In this document: positions 25,775 to 38,774 of the stretch, piece after piece
Layout: the number at the start of each line of letters is the position of its first letter
Numbering within the stretch: position 1 is the stretch's first letter
Origin: Octopus sinensis
Taxonomy: Eukaryota
Direction: 5' to 3'
Assembly (NCBI RefSeq): GCF_006345805.1
Contig: NC_042999.1
Location: 166,842,001-166,906,000, forward strand
Length of the DNA: 64,000 bases
Position numbers and translations under genes: made by a program
The notes under the pieces: generated by a model
Databases searched by the model: none
What the model was told of the DNA's origin: nothing
Seen by the model: the letters and a program-made list of their open reading frames with translations, nothing else

Positions 25775-25928
25775 GTTGCCACATGTTGCGGCGTTGCCAC
25801 ATGTTGCGGCGTTTCCACATGTTGGGGCGTTTCCACATGTTGGGGCGTTTCCACATGTTGGGGCGTTGCCACATGTTGCGGCGTTGCCACATGTTGCGGC
25901 ATTGCCACATGTTGCGGCGTTGCCACAT
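25775..25928. repeat. 18-bp minisatellite, ~8.5 copies (GTTGCCACATGTTGCGGC / GTTTCCACATGTTGGGGC)
   Basis: Units counted directly; copies 3-5 carry two linked substitutions. Confidence 0.95.
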
Positions 25929-26300
25929 ACACAAAATGGATGTTTAACCTTTTCATATTTATTACAAAATAAAACTTGTAAACCCGGGGTATCATAAAGT
26001 GATTCCTCGTAAATGACTAGGATTTTTTATTAAAATGACCAAAATAAAATGTACTCCGATGAGATTTAGACTTTCGACACAGCGATAGAACTATGTAAAA
26101 TCGTAAGATATTTTATACAGCACTGCTCCGCCTCCTGCTCCACAGGTGTTCCCTTATTTTGAAACACCGAGTTCAAATGCTCCTGAAATTATAATTTGTA
26201 TAAGAATAGATTTCACCAGTCTGACTTTCATTATTTTTTCTTGAACTTTTGAACTTAAATATTCAAGTACATATATGTGATTACTTTCATTTCAAGTTTT

Positions 26301-26628
26301 GAATTCCCAAACCGGGCGTTGTGAGTGTTTATTGAGCGAAAACACCTAAAAGCTCCACGAGGCTCCGGCAGGGGATGGTGGTGATCCCTGCTGTACTCTT
26401 TCACCACAACTTTCTCTCACTCCTACTTCCTGTTTCTATTGTACCTGTATTTCAAAGGGCCGGCCTTGTCACTCTCTGTGTCACGCTGAATATCCCCGAG
26501 AACTACGTTAAGGGTGTACGTGTCTGTGGAGTGCTCAGCCACTTACTCGTTAATTTCACGAGCAGGCTGTTCCGTTGATTCGGATCAACCGGAACCCTCA
26601 TCGTCGTAACCGACAGAGTGCTTCCACA
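26301..26628 (+). mobile_element. 5'-truncated tRNA-derived SINE with 13-bp TSD
   Basis: Highly similar to 56600-56984 minus the tRNA head; TSD catttcaagtttt at 26288-26300 and 26629-26641. Confidence 0.9.
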
Positions 26629-26790
26629 CATTTCAAGTTTTATATGGACTGATAGAATAAAGTGATATATTTTGATAAAAAAATTGAAAAAAATCTTTCT
26701 TCCCTACTTCTTTCTCTCTTACTTGTATATGTCTCTCTAGCAGTTTATTGACCTTTTATAATCATATCTATATTTTTGTTCTTTTTCCAG

Positions 26791-26846
26791 GTATCCATTG
26801 GTTATTTGCCAAATAGAAGGATTTTAGGATTAAGTAAATTAGCAAG
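26791..26846 (+). CDS. GCH1: GTP cyclohydrolase I internal exon (56 bp; equivalent to human exon 3)
   Basis: Polypyrimidine tract + ccag acceptor, GTAAGT donor; encodes VSIGYLPNRRILGLSKLA(R), matching the GCH1 motif V.IGYLPN...LGLSKLAR; size and phase (0 to 2) as in vertebrate GCH1. Confidence 0.95.
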
Positions 26847-27825
26847 GTAAGTCCGTTCAGTTTTCTCTATAACAATAGCTGGTTTGCATTCTTATGAATT
26901 TAACATGGTTAATTTATAACTTTAGTATTGAGATTAAAAGTGTATATGTGAAATACAAGTCTGAAATACTCCAGAACATAATAATCAATAGAACATTAAA
27001 ATTGTTTTCTAAGTAAAAGCCAAGGAATCTATACATAAAAATTTACATTGAGTCATTAGTTAGAATTTATTCAAGTTTATACGAATGATATTACTGATTG
27101 TTATTTAAATATTTCCTCCGCAAGCTGCCGGCGCGAACACAGCCATAGCATAGCTCCGGAATCAATAAAGTTAATTAAGCATAAGAGACATAAATATTTC
27201 CAACGAATAGTTTATCAATCGATTGCAGGTATTCTCCACAATTAAGAAAATTGTGACATCTGAATTTTAAAAAGTTGAAAAAAAAAAGCATTTACAGATA
27301 TAAGAACCGCCAATGGCAGATATAAATTAATCAAGTTCTATTCTTCTTAGAAACTGCATTTTATGGAAGCGATATATGGCTCGCTTCTCTTTATTATGGA
27401 ATTCTGCACTTATAGAAATTGTAAAGTATGACTTCTGTTTTAGTATAGGGACCATTATTTAACTCTTACGGCCTCCACTGCATAATTTGCAAGAAGCCCC
27501 AAATAATGATAAAAAGTAAAAATAAAAATCGGGATAGTTAAGAGAGGTAGTTTTTTAAAAAAAACCTACATGTTATACAAATGGGATAGGTTACGAATAA
27601 GAAGGAAGAAAAGAAGGAAAAAGATCTAATCAAGAATATATAAGTGCGAAAAAGACACCGAAATGTATTGAAAGTGTTTGCACATATGAATAGTAAAAAG
27701 GAAATAAATATCATACAAATTGGCAATAGACAATTGTGATAAAAAATAATAATTATTGGAATAGGTAAGGGAGGGGTGTATCTAAGTACATATTGTAAAA
27801 AGAAAAAATTACAAACAAATTAATG

Positions 27826-27861
<36 letters not shown>

Positions 27862-27875
27862 AATATATATATATT

Positions 27876-27997
27876 GGCCTGCTCGCTTAGCCAGCGGGGT
27901 GGCGTCATGCGAAGGCTAAAAAAAAACAATGCGAACGCATTGTGACCAGCGATGTGTAACAACATCTGATAGCCTGGTCGGTCACGTGATCACGTGA
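27876..27997 (+). mobile_element. SINE 3' tail fragment ending in (CACGTGAT)2
   Basis: ttggcctgctcgcttagccag...cattgtgaccagcg matches the reverse complement of 22087-22175. Confidence 0.7.
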
Positions 27998-28011
27998 TAT
28001 ATATGTATATA

Positions 28012-28049
<38 letters not shown>

Positions 28050-29826
28050 ATTATTTAAGGTTAATAAAAAGAAATTTTGACATATGTCAGCAAGGAAAAC
28101 TTTTTCATCTCTCGTATTAACAAGAAGCTCGTTCATTTTTCCTTATTTTATATATCTCTTCGAGGCATAATTTGCAGATCTTGTTATGTCTATAAGATGG
28201 GGCTGAAAAAATTATTTTCCAAGAAATCGAGTAATCTAAATTGCTTCTTTTAAGTTGCCAAACTTTTTTTGGATAGACCTGTGCTATTTTCTTTTCTAGG
28301 GTCATTAAAGGATGATTTATGATTATTTAATCTTAATTTGAAAGAATTTTGTGTACACCCGATGTAATTAAATTTAGAGAGATTATGGATAATAATTGTT
28401 ACTTGTACTACATCTTTCCTTTTACAGCTTCCATCTACTTCACAAGTACTTGGGTTTCTACAATTACAATTATAATTATTAGTTGGTATTCTACTGTTAT
28501 GTCTATATGTATTAAGGGTAACTGAGTTTTGGTTATCCTGATAATTGTTGTTATTAGATATGGAATTATTGGGGTTACTAGGTATATTATAAGGAGCATT
28601 TTTATCATAGAATTGGTCTAGTTTCTTATTGTTAAATGAAGAGATGTTCCTAAAAAGGTTTGGAGATACTGAAAATCCAAATCTGATCATTTTATTATTA
28701 AATACTTTTCCATATTTAGATTTTTTAAATTAAAAAAAAATTTCTAATGGATTTTATAAAATTAGATTTTAGACTTTTTCAAAAGGAATGATCCAAATGA
28801 TGTTATAGTTGTTTTCTTTATTATCGTAGTGGTTTATATTTTCTGGGTCATCTATTCTTATATATCGTAGAGGTTTCTTTTTCTATATTATTCCTAACTT
28901 TATTAATATGATTTTTGCGGTTGTGTAAATTATTAGAAGGATTAGATGTAGTGGGATAAGTTTGACTTTTTAAGTGTGTTGGTTTAATGTTCTTATTTCT
29001 ATCTATAATTAATTCTTTTTTCGGTATTTATTGTCCGTATACTTGGGTTTAATTACATTATTTACAGTGTAGTTAGTGATTTGTAACTTGGTAAAATTTG
29101 TGTTATTAGTTCTGTTAGTGAAGTTATGGTTGTGGTGCTCATATTGATAGTGTTTATTATTATGTTTGTTGTTGTAGGATTTGTGTCTGTTGCTAATGTA
29201 TTGCTGATGATTATGATTATTATTAGATCATTTGATTGTTTGTCAGAGTTTTCTAATTAACCAGTTGATTTAGGTTCACTAACATGGTCGGTGTTGTTCT
29301 TATCTAGATAGTTATTGCAATAATTATAATAGGTGGTATTGATTTTGTTGTACTTAATTCGATATTTGTATCCTGCCTTCTTAAATGTTAGATTATAGTA
29401 GTCCTTATGTTTGTTAAAAATGTCTTCATTGGATGTTAATAAGTTAAATCTACTTTCAATGTTAGAGGTTAGATTTTTTATAATATTATAAGGATGGATA
29501 TTTTGTGCATGTATGTATGTAATATTATTGTTAGGTTTATGGCAAGGTTGATAAGATGAAGTATTAAGGTTAAAGTTAACGTCTAGGAAGTTCACTGCTT
29601 TGTTATCTTTTTCAATGGTGATGACTACTCCTTAGTTTTTGAAGAAATTATGCAATCTTTTTTTGTATAGTTCAAGTTTGCTGTTGGAGATATTTCTAAC
29701 TAAGAATAGTGCGTCGTCGTGGTAAAGACCACCTTCCAATTCAGGGAATACTTCTTTGGGTAAATGTAAAAGATAAATTCTAAGTCGGTCACTTCAGCGG
29801 AGTCTTGCGCGCCCATGGGTATATCG
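28050..29826 (-). mobile_element. Penelope-like element, 5'-truncated, RT followed by C-terminal GIY-YIG
   Basis: RT motifs PMGAQDSAEVTDL, DDAL-like and NFLDVNFNL...KPNN..YIH...HP; CNC...C...C linker; NYIGCTQNSFKLRLNNHKSSF...STGLSK; WQLK...W.I...CKLCLEE. Several frameshifts. Confidence 0.9.
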
Positions 29827-29972
29827 GAACAATATACATATATGCATATGTTTGTGTGTCTGTGCTTGTCTGCCCAACATCGCTTGACAACCGATGCAAG
29901 TGTGTTTACGTCCCTGTAACATTGCGGAGCATGACCGCAGTCAAATGACTGAAACAAATAGAATAAAAGAAT
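29827..29972 (+). mobile_element. SINE 3' fragment with internal deletion
   Basis: gcttgacaaccgatg...tttacgtccc joined directly to gcagtcaaatgactgaaac. Confidence 0.75.
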
Positions 29973-30796
29973 ATATATATAGTGTTTTAGTCCTACTTGA
30001 AGAAATTGTACGTTACCACTGGTATTTCGTCATCACACACATGCAAATATGTTCTTGGTTTCGGCCAATATAACTTTTTATACGTAGTTAATATTTTTTA
30101 ATTAGAACAAATGTTTCTTTACTTTTAAGTGACTGATATCACAATAATTATAAGAATTCAAATGAATTACTTAAATCATTTTTGTTTTCAAAGTCGTTCT
30201 TTTATTGTCCAAGGCCAATTTAATACTTGATGCCCTAATATTTTTTGCCTCCAATTCGACTGATAATGAGGTCTTCTTTGCGAATAACTTTGGTAAACTT
30301 GTTTAAATATTTCGAAATGCGATTATCGTTTCATATCAACAATATTTGATTGGTGTATTATGTCAAGAAAAAGTTTAATATTTAAAAAAAACTAAAAAAG
30401 AAACAAAAACAAAAACAAGAAGAAAAACCATAAAATCAAACCATAGGCACCGTATATTTTTTAATTCGTGAGAGGAAACATCCGGACATCCAAGGGCATT
30501 GGTTTGACAGAAAACAGAAACCTACAACTGATTTACAGATTAGAGATTTTAGCATCTGCACATCCTTTAATCTTGCTGGAATTGTTTTGCCCTCTACTTC
30601 TACAAGAACGATTGAAAGTCCTAGATGTAATATTTTGAGGTTACATTAAATGACTGTACATGCTTTTCATCTGCAGATATTCAATTTGCGTCTATTTGAA
30701 AGAATTTCTCAAATGATTCTCTCATTTTCTAGCTTTATTTAGAAATTATGTCAGAAATTGTCTGTGTCTGTCTGTTTGTCTGTGTCTGTCTATCTA

Positions 30797-30871
<75 letters not shown>

Positions 30872-30872
30872 T

Positions 30873-30916
<44 letters not shown>

Positions 30917-32239
30917 GCATATTATAATATATATATATATTATATATATATATAATATATGTATATATGTATATATATATTTATGCATGCACACATACAT
31001 ACATGTACACACACACTCACACACATTTCATAAATATATATATATTATATATATATATATATATATACCATGTATACCAATATAATAATATTGTCTATTC
31101 ATCTGCCTATCTATCTATGTATCACTTCACCCATTACCACGCACGCATATAATATACACAAAGAAGCCAAGCACATAAAATGAAAAATATTCACTCCTAA
31201 CCAGAACATGATTTTGGATTTTCTTTCTGCCCCTAGTCACTTCCAAGAACAATAAAGGCAAATATGCTAAAGACGTTTGGTCAAGTAACATCACGAATAT
31301 TCAAATATTCACCTAAAATATCACTAAAATCTACAACGTCTCGTACCAACATTCAAATATTCAGAATCTAAAACCAAGCAATTGTAAAGTCAAACAAACT
31401 CCAATTGAATAGATCTCTCGTCTTCCGATGCACATACTAAAATATTAAAAAAAAATCTGTGGTTTTTGCCTAGGGTGGTATTAACTCTCTATCTCTTAAC
31501 ACTACGAAAGCTAAGACAAGCTCCTTCACATATCGGATGTGTAGAAGAATCTAAACATAAAGCTACATTTTCAAATACGTGAGCAGAATACGTTTTCGAA
31601 ATTAGTTTCTAATGAAAGCCTACGCAGTTCTCCGGAACTATGTTACCTTACTGTTTCTTTCCAAATTACGCCTTGATTCAATCACACGAAATGAGCGAAT
31701 GATTTAAAAAGAATTGAAAACTTTAATTATTCTCATCGATACAATCAAAAACTAATACTTTATGTGCTCGTATGACAGGTCAACGTATGAAATTTTGACA
31801 GGTCAAGGCTGGTTGTTTAGGTGTAAGATAGACACTTCTAAGCACATACTACAAATTATATGCATCAGAAAGGCGACAATCATTGACACATTATACGTAG
31901 GAGTAAATGAGATTGTGTGATGTCCATATCATCATTGACGTCATTAGCAATATGAAATGGCCAAAATTGGAAATCAAAAAGTAGTAGCTAAATTGGCCTA
32001 TCTGCATCATACAATGCATACCACATAATATCTCAAGTTTATAAACTCCAGTTTATCATTGGTGCTTATTTTATCGAACGACAAAATGACTCATCGTATA
32101 GGCATGGCTGGGTTGGCTGGCGTCGGAAGTTAACATTGTAAGATATTTGTTCCTGCACTCAATTGTCACTATTAATCCACTGCTCAGAATAGTGTATCTG
32201 TATGTATTATAACATTCGTTCCAGTGGACTGTGATCATT

Positions 32240-32620
<381 letters not shown>

Positions 32621-32626
32621 TGTATT

Positions 32627-33206
32627 GTGTGGTCTCCCCACACAATAAAGGTATCATAAAAGTTGAAGCACCTCAAAGGGCAATCACAAAAAAGATAGAT
32701 GGCATGACAGGCCTCGACTATTGGGGTCGACTAGAAAAGCTAAAACTCTATTCTCTCCAACGTCGTCGTGAGTGCTACATCATCTGCATGATGTGGAAAA
32801 TATTCCATCAGCATTGCCCAAATGATGTTGGCATCACCTTTAAGGTACATCCAAGGCTTGGGCCCCGTGCCATCCGCCCAAAACAAAAATCGCACTCTCA
32901 TCTCATAACAACAATACGGCACAATTATTTCACCTCAATTGGCCCCGCTCTCTTTAACATTACACCAAAACACATTAAAACAGAAACTGACCCTATAGGG
33001 TTCAAGAAGTCTTTGGACAGATTCCTTCAAGAAATCCCGGATAAACCCCCTACACCCGGATATGTTCTGTAAACAATAACTCTCTACTTGAGTGGCCATA
33101 GTGCCCAAATTCTGACTTGAAAGACTTCACCAGGTGGTGCTATTAAGGTAGACATGGCCTGGGCCAATAATGGCCGAAACCTATCAAAGTATCAAAGTAT
33201 CAAAGT
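32627..33206 (+). mobile_element. 5'-truncated CR1-like LINE 3' end, near-identical to ~2818-3395
   Basis: Aligns almost base for base, including the (CAAAGTAT)n tail; embedded in (TA)n. Confidence 0.92.
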
Positions 33207-33226
33207 ATATATATATATATATATAG

Positions 33227-33405
<179 letters not shown>

Positions 33406-33536
33406 TATAATACATATATATATATATATATATATGGTGTAATATATATATGTATATATATATATATATGTGTATATATATATGTATATATATATATATA
33501 TGTATATATATATGTATATATATATATATATGTGTG

Positions 33537-33596
<60 letters not shown>

Positions 33597-33619
33597 ATGT
33601 GTGTGTGTGTGTGTGCATG

Positions 33620-33930
33620 TGAAGGTGCATAGCTTAGTGGTTAGAGCAATCATGGAGTAGTGAGTTCGATTCCTGGACCAGGCTGTGTGTTGTGCTCTTG
33701 AGCAAGACACTTTATTTCACGTTGCTCCAGTCCACTCATCTGTAGAAATGAGTTGCCAAGCCGTATCAGTATTTGCCTTTCCATTGAATAACATCGATGG
33801 TGTAGAGAGGGAAGGCTGGTATGCATGGGTGACTGCTGGTTTTCCATAAACAACCTTGCCCGGACTCGTACCTCGGAGGGTAACCTTCTCGGCGCAATCC
33901 CATGGTCGTTCATGATTGAAGGGGGGGGGG
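33620..33930 (+). mobile_element. tRNA-derived SINE (third family)
   Basis: A-box-like tagcttagtggttag, B-box-like gagttcgattcc, then ttgagcaagacactttatttcac...aaatgagt central domain. Confidence 0.7.
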
Positions 33931-34427
33931 TTTATTATATGCATGTGTACATACATTTCTATGTATATATGTATGCGTGCACATCTCTTCAGATTTTTAA
34001 ACATTTTGATTTATGTATAAAAATCAGATAGTTACATGTGGCATCTACAGTTATCCCTTGCAAACTGTATAACTTAATTCCTTCATGCGCGCGCGTGTGT
34101 GTGTATGCGTGCTCGCGTATAGGTGTAGGTGGAAAGGTGTCTATATTTATTCAGAATATGTCTTAGCAATTCTTTCACTTGTATGCATGGCATTCCATTT
34201 CCTCAAGAAATCTAGCATAAATTAGGAAGATAAAGAAATTCAAAGATTGTATGGAGAAGAATATTCCTTTTTTATAATGTTAAATGAAGAAGAAAACTTC
34301 TAAGAATAGCTTCTAAGAATCACAAGAGCAGCTGCAAATCACTGGAAATTTGTTTGTGGCTAGAAAAGAATGAATTACAGTAAAAAGGACAATAATAATA
34401 ATTGTAGCAATGACGATAACGGAATGA

Positions 34428-34485
<58 letters not shown>

Positions 34486-34508
34486 GCTACTGCTGCTGCT
34501 GCTGCTGC

Positions 34509-34547
<39 letters not shown>

Positions 34548-35277
34548 TAATAATATGGATAAATTTTGTTATCCGAGCAAACAACAGAGTTTCAAGTAGA
34601 ATAAGGGAAATCATATTTTAGTGATTATTGGTAGTATTGATCTCAAACCAGTGAAACCTCTGTTGATAATTAATCATTTATTCTTATGCACGAAACCGTT
34701 TGTAGTAATATATTACATTTGACTGACATGAATATAGTCAATATACAAGAAGTATATAGATACGCACACACACACATATATATACACATATACACATCGC
34801 ACACTTATGCAAATTTGAAGTCTAGGTTAAGTCACTATTCGGAGCTGCTGGTTCCTAGTTTTGAAATCGAAGATCAAGAACAAGAAACTTTGATTCTGAT
34901 TCTGAATAAACATTACCCCACTCTACCAAAATATATTGAGTTTTCGTTGCTTAATTGTATTTCATGCTAACCACAGACACACGTATGCACACATACACAC
35001 ACGCGCACACACACACAAACACAAACACACACACTCACACACACACACACATACGCGTAAACACACCTACACACACACACACACAAACAGATAAAATGTC
35101 TTTATGTATGTGTGTGTGTGTGTGTAGGTGTGTTTACGCGTGTGTATGTGTATTCCTGACTGTGACAAGTTCAAAGGAACATGGTCAGGCCATTTAGTTT
35201 ACAAATATCAAAGTGAGAAGTCCAGTTAACTGAGTCCAACAATATATTCATATATACACGTATATATATATACATAA

Positions 35278-35507
35278 TTTTAATCCAAACGGGAAAACAA
35301 AAAAACAATAACAATGGAACAATTACAGTATTATTATTAATAGGCGCTCAGGAAATATGGAAGCAGGAAGGTATGACGTTTCGAGCGGAGCTCTTCGTCG
35401 GAAACATAACGAAGGAAGAGAGAGGAAAGAAAGATCCCAAAGCGGGCAACAGGAGATGGAGAAAAAAACGACTGGTGTTTACGAGTTACACATGGTGAAA
35501 GGCCAAT
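35278..35507 (-). mobile_element. Solo PLE-terminus-like element with HHR-like motif at 35371-35407 (truncated relative at 62066-62178)
   Basis: Minus strand gttt-CCGACGA-A-GAGC-tcc-GCTC-GAAA-CG-TC-atac; the 62 kb relative has GAAACGTT-aaac, which would restore stem I. Confidence 0.6.
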
Positions 35508-35572
35508 ATATATATATATATATGCACATATATCCATACATACACTCACATAATCACACACACATACATACG

Positions 35573-35651
<79 letters not shown>

Positions 35652-36017
35652 ATAAATAAATAAATATATATATACGCCAGTTAAACTTGTACTGTTTATT
35701 AGTCGTAAGACACCCGCTGTTTTCGTCCTGTTTTTACCTTTATTGTTTTTTGTATTTCATTATTGTTCTTTGTATCTTATATTCGTGTGGCATCGTCCGT
35801 TTTTCTGTCCCTGTTTCGTATACATTCGATCCTTCTTCCAAAAAATCTAATGCTCGTAGCTTAGTTTTTCATTGGGGCTGGCCGGATCGGAGCGATCTCA
35901 AGATTAATCAGCCGAAATTGCTACGATGATCCGGTTCTTGACCGAAGATTGAAGGCTTCTGTGTTTTTTGTATCGTCTTCTAAATGTTTTACGTTCTTGT
36001 CCCAGTTTGTATTTTTC

Positions 36018-36052
<35 letters not shown>

Positions 36053-36054
36053 CA

Positions 36055-36714
36055 TTTACACTTTGTCTTTTTGCTGAGATTTTTCTTGAGAACACATTCT
36101 TCGTGGTAAATGGCTATTTGACGTCTATGTTTAGCATATAGGCTGTCTTCTTTTAGTGGTCAGTCCTCTAAATTTTGTATGTAAAACAATTTTTAACCTT
36201 CGGATTTATTTAAATATGCTAAGCCACTGGTTTTAATTCATTAATATCAAATTCTACCCTTATTTAATTTTAAATTAAAAAAATGCTCTCTAAGCGGTAA
36301 ATTGATTGCTGTAGTTTATTAACTGCAGAGTAGTTGCCGATCTCAGCACGCCAAAGTAAAGGCATTTGAAAGATACAGCTAAAAATAGTATGTAGAACTT
36401 TATACATACTGGATTTCGGTTGAGCGTTCTGTGTCTAGTTCTGGAAATTGTGTTTTGTAAACGACAGACTATGCTGATGATCTTGCAGATGTTTATGTGT
36501 CCATATACGTAAATATTAACAAGTGAAACCAATTGGTACATAGGTAATCAGTTTTTATTTCGTATATCTTCATGTGTCTTACTTATTTTTACACTCTGGT
36601 TTTTTGCTGAGATTTTTCTTGAGAACACATTCTTCGTGATAAATGGCGACATGACGTCGTCTATGTTTAGTATATAGACTGTCCACTTTTAGTGGTCAGT
36701 CCTCTAAAAGTTTG

Positions 36715-36716
<2 letters not shown>
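36055..36716 (+). mobile_element. Non-coding HHR-bearing element: 533-bp monomer with ~126-bp terminal redundancy
   Basis: Direct repeats 36055-36180 and 36588-36716 (period 533); HHR at 36469-36543; (TA)n on both flanks. Confidence 0.75.
36469..36543 (+). ncRNA. Type I hammerhead ribozyme with extended stem II
   Basis: ctatg-CTGATGA-t-CTTG-cag-ATGTTTATGT-gtccatat-ACGTAAATAT-taa-CAAG-t-GAAA-CC-aatt-GG-TA-catag: 5-bp stem I, canonical core, 4+10-bp stem II, palindromic stem III, GUA triplet; U-U mismatch at 10.1/11.1. Confidence 0.8.
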
Positions 36717-36795
<79 letters not shown>

Positions 36796-37049
36796 CCATA
36801 CATACACACACATGTTATAAGAGCAGTAATTAAGATTGAGATTTTACACTACCCCCACTACACGGAATTCCACTTGACACGAGTAAAGGTTTTATTATAA
36901 ATTAGAATCTTATATAAATGATGTATACATATTACATCAAAACATGATTTTTAAAAACCAAGATTGCAAAACTTACTTAAGATTTAACATTTGATGTTTT
37001 TAAGTTTTGACAACCTCTTTAGCTATAAGGCTAAAAATGTGATATGTAA

Positions 37050-37800
37050 GCAAGTTACAAGACAATGGGGCATTCAGGGTAAAAGATGAAGTTAGACACA
37101 AAAGAAAAAATGGAAGATAAAAGAAATATAAAGAGAAAAGGTAAAGAGGAAAGAAAGAAGAAGCAAATCATTCGATGAACTATGATGACTGTTGTCACAA
37201 TAAGTTGAGGCGGTCTTAGGGAGAAAGAATGTATCTTTAAGGGAAGAGTGTCAACGAAAATAAAGGCAAAAGAGTCCTGAATGCTTATATGAGTAACTGA
37301 GTGAGAAAGAAGCAAGAATTAGACATTTTGGAGAAGAGGTTATCTATTAGATTGAAGTGTCAAAGCTAATGGGAACGCATAGATTTAGGAAGTGAGTTGG
37401 TAGGAATGTTAGAGTTTGGAAAAATGTCTTGTGCGCTGAGTTCAAATCTTTGCACTGGCATTTACCATTTTGGGGTAGATAAATATAATTCTAGTGCAAG
37501 TTCCAGAGTCGAAAATGGAAGTCAGTTCACATTATTTCATGGTCTATTAATAAACTTACTCCTGTTTTCTTCTAACTCGAATTTGGTTATAGAATTTTGT
37601 ACACACTTTCACTTCATTATATATTATTTCACTTGCTATTATCTTATTGATTTTTGTTTTAACTTCCTGCAGCCTGGTTTTTTTTTATTGTCAATACAAG
37701 TCTCTTTACTCCATCGTCTCGTTTTCTTTTTTCCCCTCTGTCTTCCACACTTCCTTTATATTAGTGTAACCTTCTTTTTCTCAATTCACCTAATCTCGAA
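37050..37800 (-). mobile_element. Highly decayed LINE APE-endonuclease-like fragment
   Basis: Scattered motif-like residues on the minus strand (YTNI, TGVSLLI, xFNL); no continuous ORF. Confidence 0.35.
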
Positions 37801-37998
37801 CACACTGTACACTAAAATATATTCCTCTCATTCTCAGTGTCTCAATTGAGTCAGTTGCTTTAGTAAACATAAGCTGCTCACATTTATTCTCTAATAAACA
37901 TAGCCTCTCTCTATAACACTTTCATTCTGCTCTTTTTGTATCTATTCAATCAGACACATATTCATAAACCATATACTTTTTATTTGCGTAATTCGTAG

Positions 37999-38030
<32 letters not shown>

Positions 38031-38092
38031 TCCGACCACCTCAGCCCGACTACGAGACTTTAAGTTGCATCGGATTGAATCAAACTGTTTTA

Positions 38093-38153
<61 letters not shown>

Positions 38154-38156
<3 letters not shown>

Positions 38157-38710
38157 GCCCTAATGCAGTACCAGGCGGTGGCTCTCTTGGCTTCTGATCT
38201 TAACTGATTGGAGGTGTTATCATGTACATTGTTTTGTCTTGGTATAAAAGATGGGCTACAGCAAATATTCTGCTCAATGCCACAAATTTGCTTGTCAGTT
38301 GTTTGACCTTAACTAGTTGAGCATGTCCCTTAGCGGCTGACGATATGTGCATCTCTGATCACGAGCAGAAGTAGTGGGGGAGCATCATAGCCATGTGTTG
38401 AGAGGGATTCTTTGGGGTTTGAATAATTCACCTCTGGAAACACGGTTGTTTCGTTCAACATCCTTAAACAACCCTTATTCAGGGACCTTTTGAGCAGGAT
38501 GGGTTACTTGACCAGAAGAAAATTCTAACTGGGCCCCACCTGCAAGGTCATGTGCTGTTTATCTTGTTATGAGATCACCATGTCGCACACATATGGTTGT
38601 GATGCATGTGCCTGGTGTACCCTTATCAGACGGGTAGTCATGATGGGTATACTGGGCTTCGTATATTTTACCCCGGTGACACTTTGATGGCATGCAGTGC
38701 TCTCTCACTC
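38154..38710 (+). repeat. ~560-bp dispersed non-coding element between (AAT)n tracts, copy 1
   Basis: Similar copies at 62387-62914, 39090-39309 (partial) and an inverted fragment near 61062-61200; the forward copies end ...cact(c/t)|aataat. Confidence 0.85.
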
Positions 38711-38720
38711 AATAATAATG

Positions 38721-38765
<45 letters not shown>

Positions 38766-38774
38766 TAATAATAA

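Noticed and set aside
25775-25928. CRISPR-like array, coding PHVAAL repeat, or p53 response elements
   Set aside because: No unique spacers; the ORFs are short, lack splice support and arise from the 18-bp period; the RRRCWWGYYY match is poor.
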